64,000 nucleotides of DNA, taken from positions 35,673 through 99,672 of the forward strand of contig CAWJXJ010000010.1 in the NCBI GenBank assembly GCA_963846795.1. The letters run 5' to 3'. The first letter of the stretch is position 1. Each line of letters starts with the position of its first letter. Source of the DNA: an uncultured Acidobacteriaceae bacterium (GTDB lineage Bacteria > Acidobacteriota > Terriglobia > Terriglobales > Acidobacteriaceae). The notes under the pieces were generated by a model that did no database searches, was not told the origin of the DNA, and saw nothing but the letters and a program-made list of their open reading frames with translations. Both the position numbers and the translations under genes were made by a program. Below are positions 27,342 to 37,120 of this stretch, in pieces.

Positions 27342-29930
27342 TTGGCGTCCGCTCGTGTGTGCAACGTTACAGCGATGAACATTTGGTGGCGAAAGCGGAC
27401 GGCGGGCGAGGCTCCGGAATCGGCTGAGCAAAGCATCCGCAATAAGTACATCAGTTTTCGCGAATTGCTCTCGCTTAACAATGAATGCCTGGAATTGCTA
27501 GCCTCGGTGCAGGAAGACCTGCAATATGCCCTGCCCTGCAACGATGTCTTAGCCCACCGGACCGCTGCACTTTTCGCTCGGGCACAAAGCGTAGTGGAAA
27601 ATCTGGAGCGTCTTACCGGACGCAAGTATGAAAAGCTAACTCAAGCTGTCCGCCAGCAACATCAAGAAGTCGAGCGCCATATTGCCGCGTCCGAAGAGAT
27701 GATATCGCCCCGGCTCTCCGCCGGCCTCTCCGAAGTCAGCTTGAGCGATGCTGCGGAAATAGGCGGGAAGGCCGCGGCGTTGGCTGAGATCAAGAATAAG
27801 CTCGGATTGCCGGTCCCCGAAGGATATGTCCTTACCGCCGAAGCCTACCGCCAGTTTTGCGAGAAACCTCTGTGGACGCACATTCGCGATGCCACGCGAA
27901 ACGTGGACCTGAACGATCTTGATGCGTTGCACGTCACCTCCCTAAAGCTGATCGACGAAGTGCTGGCGAATTCGCTGCCTAGAGCGATTGAGGTTGCTCT
28001 GGCCGACCGGGCCATGCGACTGGCGAAAGATGGTCTGGGCCTGGCTGTGCGTTCCAGCGCCGTGGGGGAAGGCGGGGAGTGGAGCTTCGCGGGACAGTTC
28101 GTAAGCCTGATCAACGTTCTGCCGGAAAATCTGCTGGGGGCCTACAAGCAGGTGATTGCGGCACGATTCAGCGACAGAGCATTGTTCTACCGATTGTCGG
28201 CAGGTCTGACAGAAGTTGACACTCCACTGGCGGTGCTGTGTCTCCAGGTGGTTCGTGCGAGAGCTTCGGGGATCATGTACACGCGCGATCCCAATGACGC
28301 GGCCAGCGAGGCCCTGTGGATCACTGCGACCCATGGTCTTGGTATTGACATCGCCAATGGCGCCTCTCCCGCTGACTTGTTCTTGATGGCGCGCCGGCAT
28401 CCCTATCGTGTTTTGGAGCAGAAGATTGCTACCAAGCCCCAAAAGGTTGTTCCGGCAGAGTGCGGAGGGCTGCTGCGAATAGACGTCCCCCCCGAGGAGG
28501 CAGGCGCGCCCAGCCTCACGGAGAAGGAATTGGCGCTGCTCGCGGATTGGGGCATGCAGATCGAGAAGTACTTTGGAGCGGCACAGGACGTGGAGTGGGC
28601 CTTGGACGAGGACGGGCAATTGTGGATTCTTCAGTCCCGCCCACTGCTGACGGCGGATTCCGCCCGCATACGCGTCAGATCGAAAGTAAAACAGGCTGCG
28701 TTACTGGAGGGAGGTTACACGATTTTTCCGGGACTGGTCTCCGGCCCCGCCTACCTCGTGACAGAACGCTCAGCCTTGGCGAAAACGCCCCACGGGGCAG
28801 TGCTGTTCCTGCGACGGCCGTCACCGGAGATGGTAGAGGTCTTTCCCCGCATCGCCGGTCTAGTCGCGGAGTGGGGTAACGTGGCCGGGCATGGAGCGGC
28901 ACTATTGCGGGAGTTCAGGGTCCCGTCCGTCTTTCAGCTATCCGGAGCCTTCGAGCAGCTTCAAAATGGAGATCCGGTGAGTCTGGATGCGGTGCAACCA
29001 AGAATTTACACTGGTGCGCTCTGGCCCTCACCGGGGCCAAAATCGCCGCAGCACTTGCAGGTGCGGCGTGATGATGATCCTATCCGACGGTACATGCTCG
29101 AACTCAACCTGCTAGATCCTAACTCTATGAAATTCCGCCCTTCAGGCTGCAAGTCCGCTCACGACGTGCTGCGGTTTTGCCATGAAAAGGCGGTCGAAGC
29201 GATGTTCGAGATAGACGATAGAGAATTCGCCCGTCAAGCGCATTGTTCTAAGAAGTTGCTGGCAGCGGTTCCTATCAACCTTTGTGTGCTCGACTTGGGC
29301 GGCGGTCTGGTCGCTTCCGCTTCTTCATCATCGGAGGTGACGCCGGAGGAGATTGTCTCCCGTCCCTTTCAGGCGCTCTGGCAGGGCGTGACCCATCCTG
29401 GCGTGGCTTGGACTCGGACCATGCCGGCGAGCTTTACCGATATTGCCTTGGTAATGGCGACTTCTCTCTCCGCGCAAACCGGAGCGACCCGTGCGTTGGG
29501 CGAAAGAAGCTACTTGCTGATTGCAGACGAGTATATGAATCTCAATTCCAGACTGGCCTATCACTTCACTCTGGTTGATGCCTGCATGTCTGACGTTGCA
29601 GGCAATAACTACATTGCCTTCCGCTTTGCCGGAGGAGGCGCAACGCGACAAAGGCGCAATCTGCGGGCCTGCTTCATCGAAGCCTGTCTGGCGGACTATG
29701 GCTTCGTGGTCGACCGGCGTAACGATCTGGTAAATGCCTGGTTCAAGAAAGCGCCGGCCCGCGAAACCGGGGCCCATCTTGACATTCTCGGACGGCTGAT
29801 GGCCTGCACCAGTCAACTTGACATGTACATGACCAGCGACGAAGTGATGAGGTGGTATGTGCAACAATTCCTGGCCGGAAATTATAGTTTTCAGCTGGAA
29901 GAACATACGAAATCAACCACCCCTATCTAG
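27342..29930 (+). CDS. PEP-utilising enzyme family protein (pyruvate,water dikinase-like: PPDK_N ATP-grasp, swivelling His domain, unassigned approximately 300-aa C-terminal domain).
   Basis: GGKAAALAEIKNKLGLPVPEGYVLT (PEP/pyruvate-binding domain). AGLVAEWGNVAGHGAALLREFRVPSV (mobile His domain). An alternative start exists at 27375. Confidence 0.8.
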   Translation: MASARVCNVTAMNIWWRKRTAGEAPESAEQSIRNKYISFRELLSLNNECLELLASVQEDLQYALPCNDVLAHRTAALFARAQSVVENLERLTGRKYEKLTQAVRQQHQEVERHIAASEEMISPRLSAGLSEVSLSDAAEIGGKAAALAEIKNKLGLPVPEGYVLTAEAYRQFCEKPLWTHIRDATRNVDLNDLDALHVTSLKLIDEVLANSLPRAIEVALADRAMRLAKDGLGLAVRSSAVGEGGEWSFAGQFVSLINVLPENLLGAYKQVIAARFSDRALFYRLSAGLTEVDTPLAVLCLQVVRARASGIMYTRDPNDAASEALWITATHGLGIDIANGASPADLFLMARRHPYRVLEQKIATKPQKVVPAECGGLLRIDVPPEEAGAPSLTEKELALLADWGMQIEKYFGAAQDVEWALDEDGQLWILQSRPLLTADSARIRVRSKVKQAALLEGGYTIFPGLVSGPAYLVTERSALAKTPHGAVLFLRRPSPEMVEVFPRIAGLVAEWGNVAGHGAALLREFRVPSVFQLSGAFEQLQNGDPVSLDAVQPRIYTGALWPSPGPKSPQHLQVRRDDDPIRRYMLELNLLDPNSMKFRPSGCKSAHDVLRFCHEKAVEAMFEIDDREFARQAHCSKKLLAAVPINLCVLDLGGGLVASASSSSEVTPEEIVSRPFQALWQGVTHPGVAWTRTMPASFTDIALVMATSLSAQTGATRALGERSYLLIADEYMNLNSRLAYHFTLVDACMSDVAGNNYIAFRFAGGGATRQRRNLRACFIEACLADYGFVVDRRNDLVNAWFKKAPARETGAHLDILGRLMACTSQLDMYMTSDEVMRWYVQQFLAGNYSFQLEEHTKSTTPI

Positions 29931-30090
29931 TCGATAGTGTTGCTTTACTTGTGAGCTCACACCTGATCGTGTCGTGAATCACTGCAGTCTTTGGTGAGCT
30001 GTGTTTTGCTTCATTGCAGAGATCGGCGAACCGCAGTCGAGCGTGAGACACAGAAAGATGTACAGTTTTTACGCCGGTGATAGCAAACAC

Positions 30091-31047
30091 ATGAAATACC
30101 GTTGCACATCTCGAGCTCTTATTCATCTTTGCTCTGAATTGTTGCTGCTATGTATAGGTTGGAGCTGTCTGTCGCAGGCTGAAACTGTATCTATAAGCCT
30201 CTCACCCGACACTATCCAAATGGGCGCTTTCTATGATGGTTCAGCCATCAAGATTCAGGGTAGCGTTCCGCCTGATAGCGGCATAATTGTTGTGATTCGG
30301 GGCGATAAAAAAGATGAATTTTTCAATAAGAAGGGGCGTGTCGGCCCCATCTGGATTAATACCGACAAAGTCCATGTCGCAGCGGTGCCCGCGCTATTCC
30401 TGAGCTTCGCCAGCAGTGATATCAGCTCGCTCCTGAACCGGGAAAGTATCGACACTTATGAACTGGACGACGCTTCCATCGCCTCCCACCTGGTGTGCCG
30501 TATTCACTGCAAATGCTCCAGTCAGCAGTCCGCGAAGGCATCGGTGGATAGTTGTAAAGGCGTCGCCCCCGACCCGGCATATCAAGCTCTCATTCGAAAA
30601 AACTTCATCGCCCTCAAATCCAGCAGCGGAAGCTATCGCTCGTATCCAAACACGGTGCGACTCGCCCAAACAGGTGAGAGCCGCTACAATCTCACATTTG
30701 ACTGGATGAGGAATGCTCCGCCCGGTTCGTATCGTGTCGAGGTGTATGCCTGTCGAAATCGGGTCGTGATCGCCCGGGCTGACGCTTTGCTTCGTGTGGC
30801 CGAGGCTGGTTTCCCCGTGCAGATGGCTGCACAGGCCAAGAACCACCCCTTTGGCTACGGTGTATTCGCTGTTCTGACTGCCGTCATCGCCGGATTCGCC
30901 ATCGACGCTATAATCTCGCGGCTGCGTTTCAAGGGCCCGCGCCGGCCCCAAGCGGCGGAGCCAAGTTTGCCCGACCCCGAGCTGACAGCTCACGCTGAGT
31001 CACATTCTTCGGAGGTTCAACAGGAAGATACTGTGCATCACGTTTAA
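30091..31047 (+). CDS. Signal-peptide / C-terminal-TM protein resembling the TIGR02186 (Alph_Pro_TM) family.
   Basis: GIIVVIRGDKKDEFFNKKGRVGPIWINTDKV resembles the family core as I recall it. Has a C-terminal helix FGYGVFAVLTAVIAGFAIDAII. Confidence 0.5.
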   Translation: MKYRCTSRALIHLCSELLLLCIGWSCLSQAETVSISLSPDTIQMGAFYDGSAIKIQGSVPPDSGIIVVIRGDKKDEFFNKKGRVGPIWINTDKVHVAAVPALFLSFASSDISSLLNRESIDTYELDDASIASHLVCRIHCKCSSQQSAKASVDSCKGVAPDPAYQALIRKNFIALKSSSGSYRSYPNTVRLAQTGESRYNLTFDWMRNAPPGSYRVEVYACRNRVVIARADALLRVAEAGFPVQMAAQAKNHPFGYGVFAVLTAVIAGFAIDAIISRLRFKGPRRPQAAEPSLPDPELTAHAESHSSEVQQEDTVHHV

Positions 31048-31251
31048 ACAACTGCGCTTCAAAGACATCGCCGCTGGTTGAGGAGTGAATTCCTGGGCGC
31101 CGGCGTGCGCGCAATCACATCCCGATGTGACAAACAGCACTGAGAGTATCCATCCAGATAGGGATACTCAGCGTGGACGCTGTGCTCATCGCCGGACGTG
31201 CTCCTCTGAGCACCTTTGTCGAACTTCCTGCCCTCTGTCCAAAAGGACATC

Positions 31252-31767
31252 ATGAAGATCTCCCAAAAAGGGCTCTATGCGCTTGAGGCAATGACTATGC
31301 TCGCCCGTCACTATTGTGAGGGGCCGGTTAAGATCCACGACATTGCCGTCGAAGAGAACCTTCCGGAAAAGTTCCTGGAGATCATCCTTATTGAGCTGAA
31401 GAATGCACGCTTGGTCGAGAGTACACGGGGCGCGAGAGGTGGGTACCATCTGCGGCGGCCTCCTTCCGAAATCCGGGTCAGTGAGATTGTCCGCGTCATT
31501 GACGGACCAATCGCTCCCTTTGGCGATGTTGAGCAGCTACATACTTTTCTGCGGGAAGACGCTGCGCACGGCCCTCTCTACAGGTTGTTCCTGGACATCC
31601 GCGAGGCGGTCGCAAATATCCTGGACAACACCACGGTAGCTGACATCGCCGCTTTGGCGGCCCCAGTCGCTCCTGTGCCGGCGCGCAAAACGAGTCTCGG
31701 CGAGGAATCTGCAATCCCTCGAACCGGGCCGGTGGAGAACACGCCGAAGCGAACTCGCGTGTGTTGA
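31252..31767 (+). CDS. Rrf2-family transcriptional regulator (no Cys triad visible).
   Basis: MKISQKGLYALEAMTMLARH...IHDIAVEENLPEKFLEIILIELKNARLVESTRGARGGYHL. Confidence 0.85.
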   Translation: MKISQKGLYALEAMTMLARHYCEGPVKIHDIAVEENLPEKFLEIILIELKNARLVESTRGARGGYHLRRPPSEIRVSEIVRVIDGPIAPFGDVEQLHTFLREDAAHGPLYRLFLDIREAVANILDNTTVADIAALAAPVAPVPARKTSLGEESAIPRTGPVENTPKRTRVC

Positions 31768-32183
31768 GTTTTCGTAGGCGGTAATTCCCTGCGTCGAGAA
31801 TTCACCAAAGAACCCTTCGCGTAGAGCTGTAAAGCTGCACCACAGAAGCTCTGGCAAATAGGATTCGGCCTATTTCTAAGCGCCGGTCACCTTTGCAGCG
31901 AGCAGGCGTCGAAGTCATTCCATTTATCTTTTGACTTCTCAATTCCTTCCTCGTAACATCTAGCGCCAAGCAGCAGGAACGGCATCCAAAAGCGCCAGTG
32001 GCAATACAACTTGGCGCGACCCGGTTGCGCCGCATGCCTGTTCAGAGTTAAACGTGGGGTTTCAACCAAAAAGCAATCGCCTCCTTCGTCGGAGTCAATC
32101 GAGGGGCACGCGACAATAATTTCCCACGAGACGCCCGTCGCCTGATTCGTGTGAGTTCGATACATCTGTTAGTGGGGTTCACG

Positions 32184-33119
32184 ATGAACAGAACTCTTTG
32201 GTGGCTTCTCCTCTTGTTGCTAGTGAATGCCTCCGCCTCGCGAGGCTTCGCCGGTCCCAGGCAAGCGGGCAGCGCCCCTCCGCACACATCTCCCGCGCTT
32301 CCCGGCTCGGCCAGCGGGCAGTATGCAGAAAATGATATCTGTAAGACCTGCCATCAGGACCTCTGGGAGAAGCACTTCGCAGGCACGCCGCATGCGGCAT
32401 TGCTGAAGGGCGATCAGCATGGGTGCCAGTCCTGTCATGGTCCGGGACAGGCGCACGTCGACGGCGGAGGCGACGTTACCAAAATCATTCGGTTCGAAAC
32501 TCTAAGTCCCGCTCAGACCGCGGCGATTTGCATCGGCTGTCATCAGTCCAGCCTGGAGACCCAGAACTTTTCCAAGTCCGAGCATCTTGCTAACGGCGTG
32601 ACCTGCACTAGCTGCCACAACCCGCATAAATCCGCCGACGTGAATTTTATGCTCGTGAAGTCGCAGACTGAGCTTTGCTTTGGCTGCCACGCGGCGCAGA
32701 AGGCGCAATTCGCCCGGCCGTATCGCCATCGTGTGGAAGTTGGACTGATTCAATGCAGTGATTGCCACAACCCGCATGGAACCGAAGCCGGTCAGCAGGT
32801 CCGCACGGCCGCCGGACAGTTTGCCATTTGCACCAAGTGCCACACCGATACCATGGGGCCATTCGTCTTTGAGCATGCTCCGGTCAAGACTGATGAGGGA
32901 TGCCTCTCCTGCCACACGCCTCATGGCTCGACCAACCCGCGGTTGCTGCAGGTGAATAACGTGAATTTTCTCTGCCTGCGATGCCACACGCCCAACATGA
33001 ACGGGGCGGCTGGCAGGCCGGTAGGGCCCAACCACGATCAGTCAGCGAAGTACCAGGCGTGTACAACGTGCCACACCCAGATTCACGGTTCTAACTTTAG
33101 TCCGGTGTTCTTCCGCTAA
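32184..33119 (+). CDS. Periplasmic decaheme c-type cytochrome (MtrA/DmsE/PioA-like).
   Basis: Signal peptide plus ten CxxCH motifs: CKTCH, CQSCH, CIGCH, CTSCH, CFGCH, CSDCH, CTKCH, CLSCH, CLRCH, CTTCH. About 311 aa. Confidence 0.9.
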   Translation: MNRTLWWLLLLLLVNASASRGFAGPRQAGSAPPHTSPALPGSASGQYAENDICKTCHQDLWEKHFAGTPHAALLKGDQHGCQSCHGPGQAHVDGGGDVTKIIRFETLSPAQTAAICIGCHQSSLETQNFSKSEHLANGVTCTSCHNPHKSADVNFMLVKSQTELCFGCHAAQKAQFARPYRHRVEVGLIQCSDCHNPHGTEAGQQVRTAAGQFAICTKCHTDTMGPFVFEHAPVKTDEGCLSCHTPHGSTNPRLLQVNNVNFLCLRCHTPNMNGAAGRPVGPNHDQSAKYQACTTCHTQIHGSNFSPVFFR

Positions 33120-33128
33120 GAGGACGCT

Positions 33129-35483
33129 ATGCGATTCCCAACGATTTACCGATCGCATCAATGGCTCGGACTCGTGGTGGGCGGGCTTGTATTGACCACC
33201 CTAAGCTTCGCGCAGGCTCCATCGGCTTCTTCATCATCGTCGGCTACATCGGACGATGCGCAGGAAGGTAAAGACATTGGTGGCTTCCACGTGACGCAGT
33301 ATGTCGATTTTGGCGGGCGCATCAACGAGACCACGGGCAGCACGCCGATGTATGACACCTTGGTGAATTATCAAAGTGGTGCACGCATCCTCGATCAGTC
33401 GCTGACCATGCAGGCCAAGGACCAGCAAGAAATCTTCGACACACTTACGCTGTCGAGTTTTGGATGGGGCGGCGATCCCGAACAGGCGGCTCGGCTGCGG
33501 ATCGCGAAATATCACTGGTACAACTTCTCCGGCAGCTACCAGCACATGCAGAACTACTTCGACTACGACCTGTTGGCGAACCCTCTGAACCCGGCCCCAC
33601 CCGCAGGCAGTCCTTCGGCCCCGGTTCTGTTTTCACCGCACAGCTACTTCGACCGGCAGAATCTCTACAATTTCGATCTCGTCGTGCTGCCTATGCACAA
33701 GCTGTCTTTTCGAGCCGGCTACAACCGCAACCGCATCATCGGGCCCGCTTTCAGCAGCCTCCATGAGGGAACGGAAGCTCTGCTTGATCAAAACTGGAAC
33801 AACCAGTTAAACGGATTTCGCTTTGGCGCCGACTGGCGTGCGAACGAGAAAACGACAATCAGCTACACGCAGCTTTTGCAGTACTACACCGGCGGCACAA
33901 CCGATTCCCTTAGCCCGTATAACACCTGGCCCCTGTCGAATTCGACCTTGGTCAGCTTAGGACTGCCATGGTTCAACAGCGGCAGTCCGTGCTCGGCGCC
34001 CTTGAAGAACGGTATTGCCAATCCGTCTTGCAACGGCTTTCTGGACTATAGCCTTTATCAGCACGAGCACACATTTATGCCTACCGAGCAGCTCAACATG
34101 CGCTCGTCGTCGTTGAAGTGGCTCGACTTTAACGGGCAATGGGAGTACAGCCACGCGCAGATGAACACGCCGCTGACCGCAATCTTCAGCGGCTTGAGCA
34201 GTCGAACGGGTGAATTGGGTTACAACACCGCCGGCAGCAGCTCTAGTGCCAAGTGGAATTCTTCATCAGCAGATGTCTCTGCCACGATACATGTCAACGA
34301 TCGTCTGAGATTCGTCGATTCCTTCCGCTTCCGCAACTTCAGTGTCTCGGGCGATTTTCTCGACTATGAAAATAGTCTTTTCCCTGCTGCGCCGACCACG
34401 GCCTCGCTGCTGACGCCGCCGGCGTACTTCCCGGGAAATATCCTGACCCACGCGTCGGGTTCGCCGGCCGACGTTATCAACGACCTGTACGCCAGCCTGC
34501 TCGGGCAGTCATCCTACTCGAACGATTTCCAGGCGCAATACGACATCACGCGCAGCTTCGGTGTGCGCGCCGGATTTAACTGGACGCAGCTCAGCATTCA
34601 GCCCGGCGACAGCTACGAAGCGGCGCTCGGCGATATCTACTATCCCAACAATCCCAGCCGCGGTGAATGCGCAGGACAGCCCCTGAATGCAAATGGCAGT
34701 TGCACTTTTGCTGGTGTGCTCACCCCGTGGGCTGATCCGCTGAGCGGAACAACGCAACTCAACCGTTACACCGGCGTGCTTGGCGCCTGGTATCGCAAGG
34801 GAGCTTTGCACGCCGACGTCGACGCGGAATACGGCGCGGCCGATAACTGGATCTACCGCACCGACCCGCTGAACTTCCTCAACTTTCGGGGAAACGTCTC
34901 GTATGCTCCGCGTCCCTGGCTGATGCTGGGAGGCAATTTCACCTATCAAAAGGCGAGCAACAACACCCCCGGCATCAACCTCAGCCAGCACAATTACAGC
35001 ACCATGGTGAATGCCACCATCATGCCTAACAAGAAGTGGGGAATCGACCTGGCCTACAACTTCGACGCTATCCAGCAGAACCTCTTCCTCTGCTTCCAGG
35101 ACAGCACGCCCCCGGCCGGCTCGACGGCTTGCGCCGGCGACAGCACACTGCAGCAGACCTACGGCCTGTACCAGACGCACACGCAATATGGATATGTAGC
35201 GCTAACTTTGTCTCCATTGGACCGTGTCAGCATGCGCATGGGATACAGTATCGTGGATAACCAGGGCAACACGACAGACTTCAACGCCTTGCTTCCGCTC
35301 GGCCCGCTCGCCTCGACCTATCAGACTCCGCTGGCCACGGTAGAGGTGAAGCTGTACAAGGGCGTCGCCTTCAAGGGCGGCTGGAATTACTACCAGTACG
35401 GTGAAGGCTCATTCGTGGGTCCAACCGCGCCGCGGTATTTTCACGCCAACAACACCACCCTCGCGCTGCGCTACGCCTTTTAA
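33129..35483 (+). CDS. Large outer-membrane beta-barrel protein, MtrB/PioB-like partner of the decaheme cytochrome.
   Basis: 784 aa. Signal peptide, alternating aromatic/polar beta-strand pattern, terminal ...TLALRYAF. Starts 9 nt after the cytochrome gene. Confidence 0.7.
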   Translation: MRFPTIYRSHQWLGLVVGGLVLTTLSFAQAPSASSSSSATSDDAQEGKDIGGFHVTQYVDFGGRINETTGSTPMYDTLVNYQSGARILDQSLTMQAKDQQEIFDTLTLSSFGWGGDPEQAARLRIAKYHWYNFSGSYQHMQNYFDYDLLANPLNPAPPAGSPSAPVLFSPHSYFDRQNLYNFDLVVLPMHKLSFRAGYNRNRIIGPAFSSLHEGTEALLDQNWNNQLNGFRFGADWRANEKTTISYTQLLQYYTGGTTDSLSPYNTWPLSNSTLVSLGLPWFNSGSPCSAPLKNGIANPSCNGFLDYSLYQHEHTFMPTEQLNMRSSSLKWLDFNGQWEYSHAQMNTPLTAIFSGLSSRTGELGYNTAGSSSSAKWNSSSADVSATIHVNDRLRFVDSFRFRNFSVSGDFLDYENSLFPAAPTTASLLTPPAYFPGNILTHASGSPADVINDLYASLLGQSSYSNDFQAQYDITRSFGVRAGFNWTQLSIQPGDSYEAALGDIYYPNNPSRGECAGQPLNANGSCTFAGVLTPWADPLSGTTQLNRYTGVLGAWYRKGALHADVDAEYGAADNWIYRTDPLNFLNFRGNVSYAPRPWLMLGGNFTYQKASNNTPGINLSQHNYSTMVNATIMPNKKWGIDLAYNFDAIQQNLFLCFQDSTPPAGSTACAGDSTLQQTYGLYQTHTQYGYVALTLSPLDRVSMRMGYSIVDNQGNTTDFNALLPLGPLASTYQTPLATVEVKLYKGVAFKGGWNYYQYGEGSFVGPTAPRYFHANNTTLALRYAF

Positions 35484-35614
35484 ACATGCTTTAGCCTCGA
35501 CCGCTAAATCGTGAAGGCCGCGACTTCCGCACCATCAATGAGCGCTGAGCATACTCTCGACGAAGCGTTCCACGTGCTTGTGATGGGAGTCGGCCGCAGC
35601 AGCGCGAACAGCTG

Positions 35615-35670
35615 GAGCCCGGAGGGCGTGCCATGACAGCCCAGGATGGAGCGCAGCGGAATCCTGGGTA
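35615..35670 (-). repeat. REP-like element (inverted partner of 35925..35980).
   Basis: Its reverse complement TACCCAGGATTCCGCTGCGCTCCATCCTGGGCTGTCATGGCACGCCCTCCGGGCTC aligns with the 35925 copy and with the REPs flanking rayT. Confidence 0.7.
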
Positions 35671-35924
35671 ATCGGGTGAGAGATTAATGGCAGTCCCTCG
35701 GGGACGACACATGTTCCGGATGGAGCACTGCTTGAGCGATGCAGGGGAGTGCCAAGTTGACGGGCGGCTTCAGCCGCCGAGGGAATTCCCAAGCAATTAC
35801 CTCAGCGGCTGAAGCCGTCCCAGAGAAGGCGCTGGTTTCAATTGCACTCCTGAAGACGTGCTCCACCCTTTACGAAAGGACCCTGTCGCTGGCTGAAGCC
35901 GGCTCGTATTTTAATGGGCCAGCG

Positions 35925-35980
35925 TACCCAGCGTTCCGCTGCGCTTCACGCTGGGCTGTCATCGCACGCCCTTCGGGCTC
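35925..35980 (+). repeat. REP-like element.
   Basis: TACCCAGCGTTCCGCTGCGCTTCACGCTGGGCTGTCATCGCACGCCCTTCGGGCTC. Confidence 0.7.
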
Positions 35981-36288
35981 TAATTTTCCGCCTGGTAACC
36001 CAAACCGTCACTTGTGGCGGAAGAGGTGGGGAAGCAAGATTTAGAGACTCAGGGAGGTGGTGCGTTGATCGAAATCGGGGATCAGGTAAAAGAGATTGGA
36101 TCGGGCCGGCTTCTTACCGTCGTGGGGTACAGCAGTGCTACGAAGCAGTTTCAAGTTCAGCTGGGGAATAATTCAATCCCAATCAGGTTCGTGGACGAAG
36201 ATCGCCTTGAGCTTGTCACAAAGCGTGCCAATCATGACCAAGCTTGGCCGGGGTTGATACCCGAACATTGGATATTGCGATAAGCGGG

Positions 36289-36654
36289 ATGGCAAATACA
36301 CGCAGGATCATCGTGCTTCTCGCTCTCTTTCTGGCGGAAGGAATAGCGATCCAGGCCGACGTTAAGCCAGTGAAGGTCGCCCTCACCGCTGAAACACCTT
36401 CCTCCGTTCCTGCCATCCCGACAGCCGACATCGCTGGAGAATTCTCAAAACAATGCGCCAACGTGACTGTAACGCGAAACTCTGAAGCGGCGGATTATTC
36501 GCTCGAGGCGATAGGTGGTGACAGAACAAATCCGCACGGCCAGCGGCTCTACAAGTTCACCTTGTTTGACCATAGCGGAAACGTCGCGTTTACGACTGAG
36601 ACTCGTCAGCTTCACAATGCAATAAAGGACGTTTGTCACTTCATCAATAACTAG
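36289..36654 (+). CDS. Hypothetical secreted protein.
   Basis: MANTRRIIVLLALFLAEGIAIQA signal-like N-terminus. No family recognised. Confidence 0.45.
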   Translation: MANTRRIIVLLALFLAEGIAIQADVKPVKVALTAETPSSVPAIPTADIAGEFSKQCANVTVTRNSEAADYSLEAIGGDRTNPHGQRLYKFTLFDHSGNVAFTTETRQLHNAIKDVCHFINN

Positions 36655-36739
36655 CGCTCAACCGGGCCCTTTCGGCGCGTTATAATGCACACCCGGCCTC
36701 AGGATATTCACCGTTAACAAGCACGTAGAGAGTCTAAGC

Positions 36740-37099
36740 GTGGTCGTTGATAAACAACGGGCTTTAGAAAAATTATCGGAGCTGCAGATAAGGGAATCGC
36801 CGGTATTGATCTCTCTTGCAGTACGTGGGCCTTACGCTGTGATGTCGGGACACGACACAGTGACCGAAGTCTCAGAGGAAGGATTCACCATTATCGGCCG
36901 TTCCTCCAGACTGGTGTTTACGTTCGACAAGTCAATCGTGTTTGATCTGAGTGGTCACTACCCTCTCGGGGAGGTTAGACGGGACCTAGTCACCGAATCG
37001 GATCCATACTTCAGGCGCCTGAATCGCGTCCGCTCACTCTCAATCCGTTCCGAGCATGGCGAAGCAAATGTGGTATTCGGGGTAGGCAAAGAGACCTGA
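36740..37099 (+). CDS. Hypothetical protein.
   Basis: 119-aa ORF with no opposing-strand gene. No family recognised. Confidence 0.35.
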   Translation: MVVDKQRALEKLSELQIRESPVLISLAVRGPYAVMSGHDTVTEVSEEGFTIIGRSSRLVFTFDKSIVFDLSGHYPLGEVRRDLVTESDPYFRRLNRVRSLSIRSEHGEANVVFGVGKET

Positions 37100-37120
37100 T
37101 TTCGCAGGAGAAGCCGAGTC

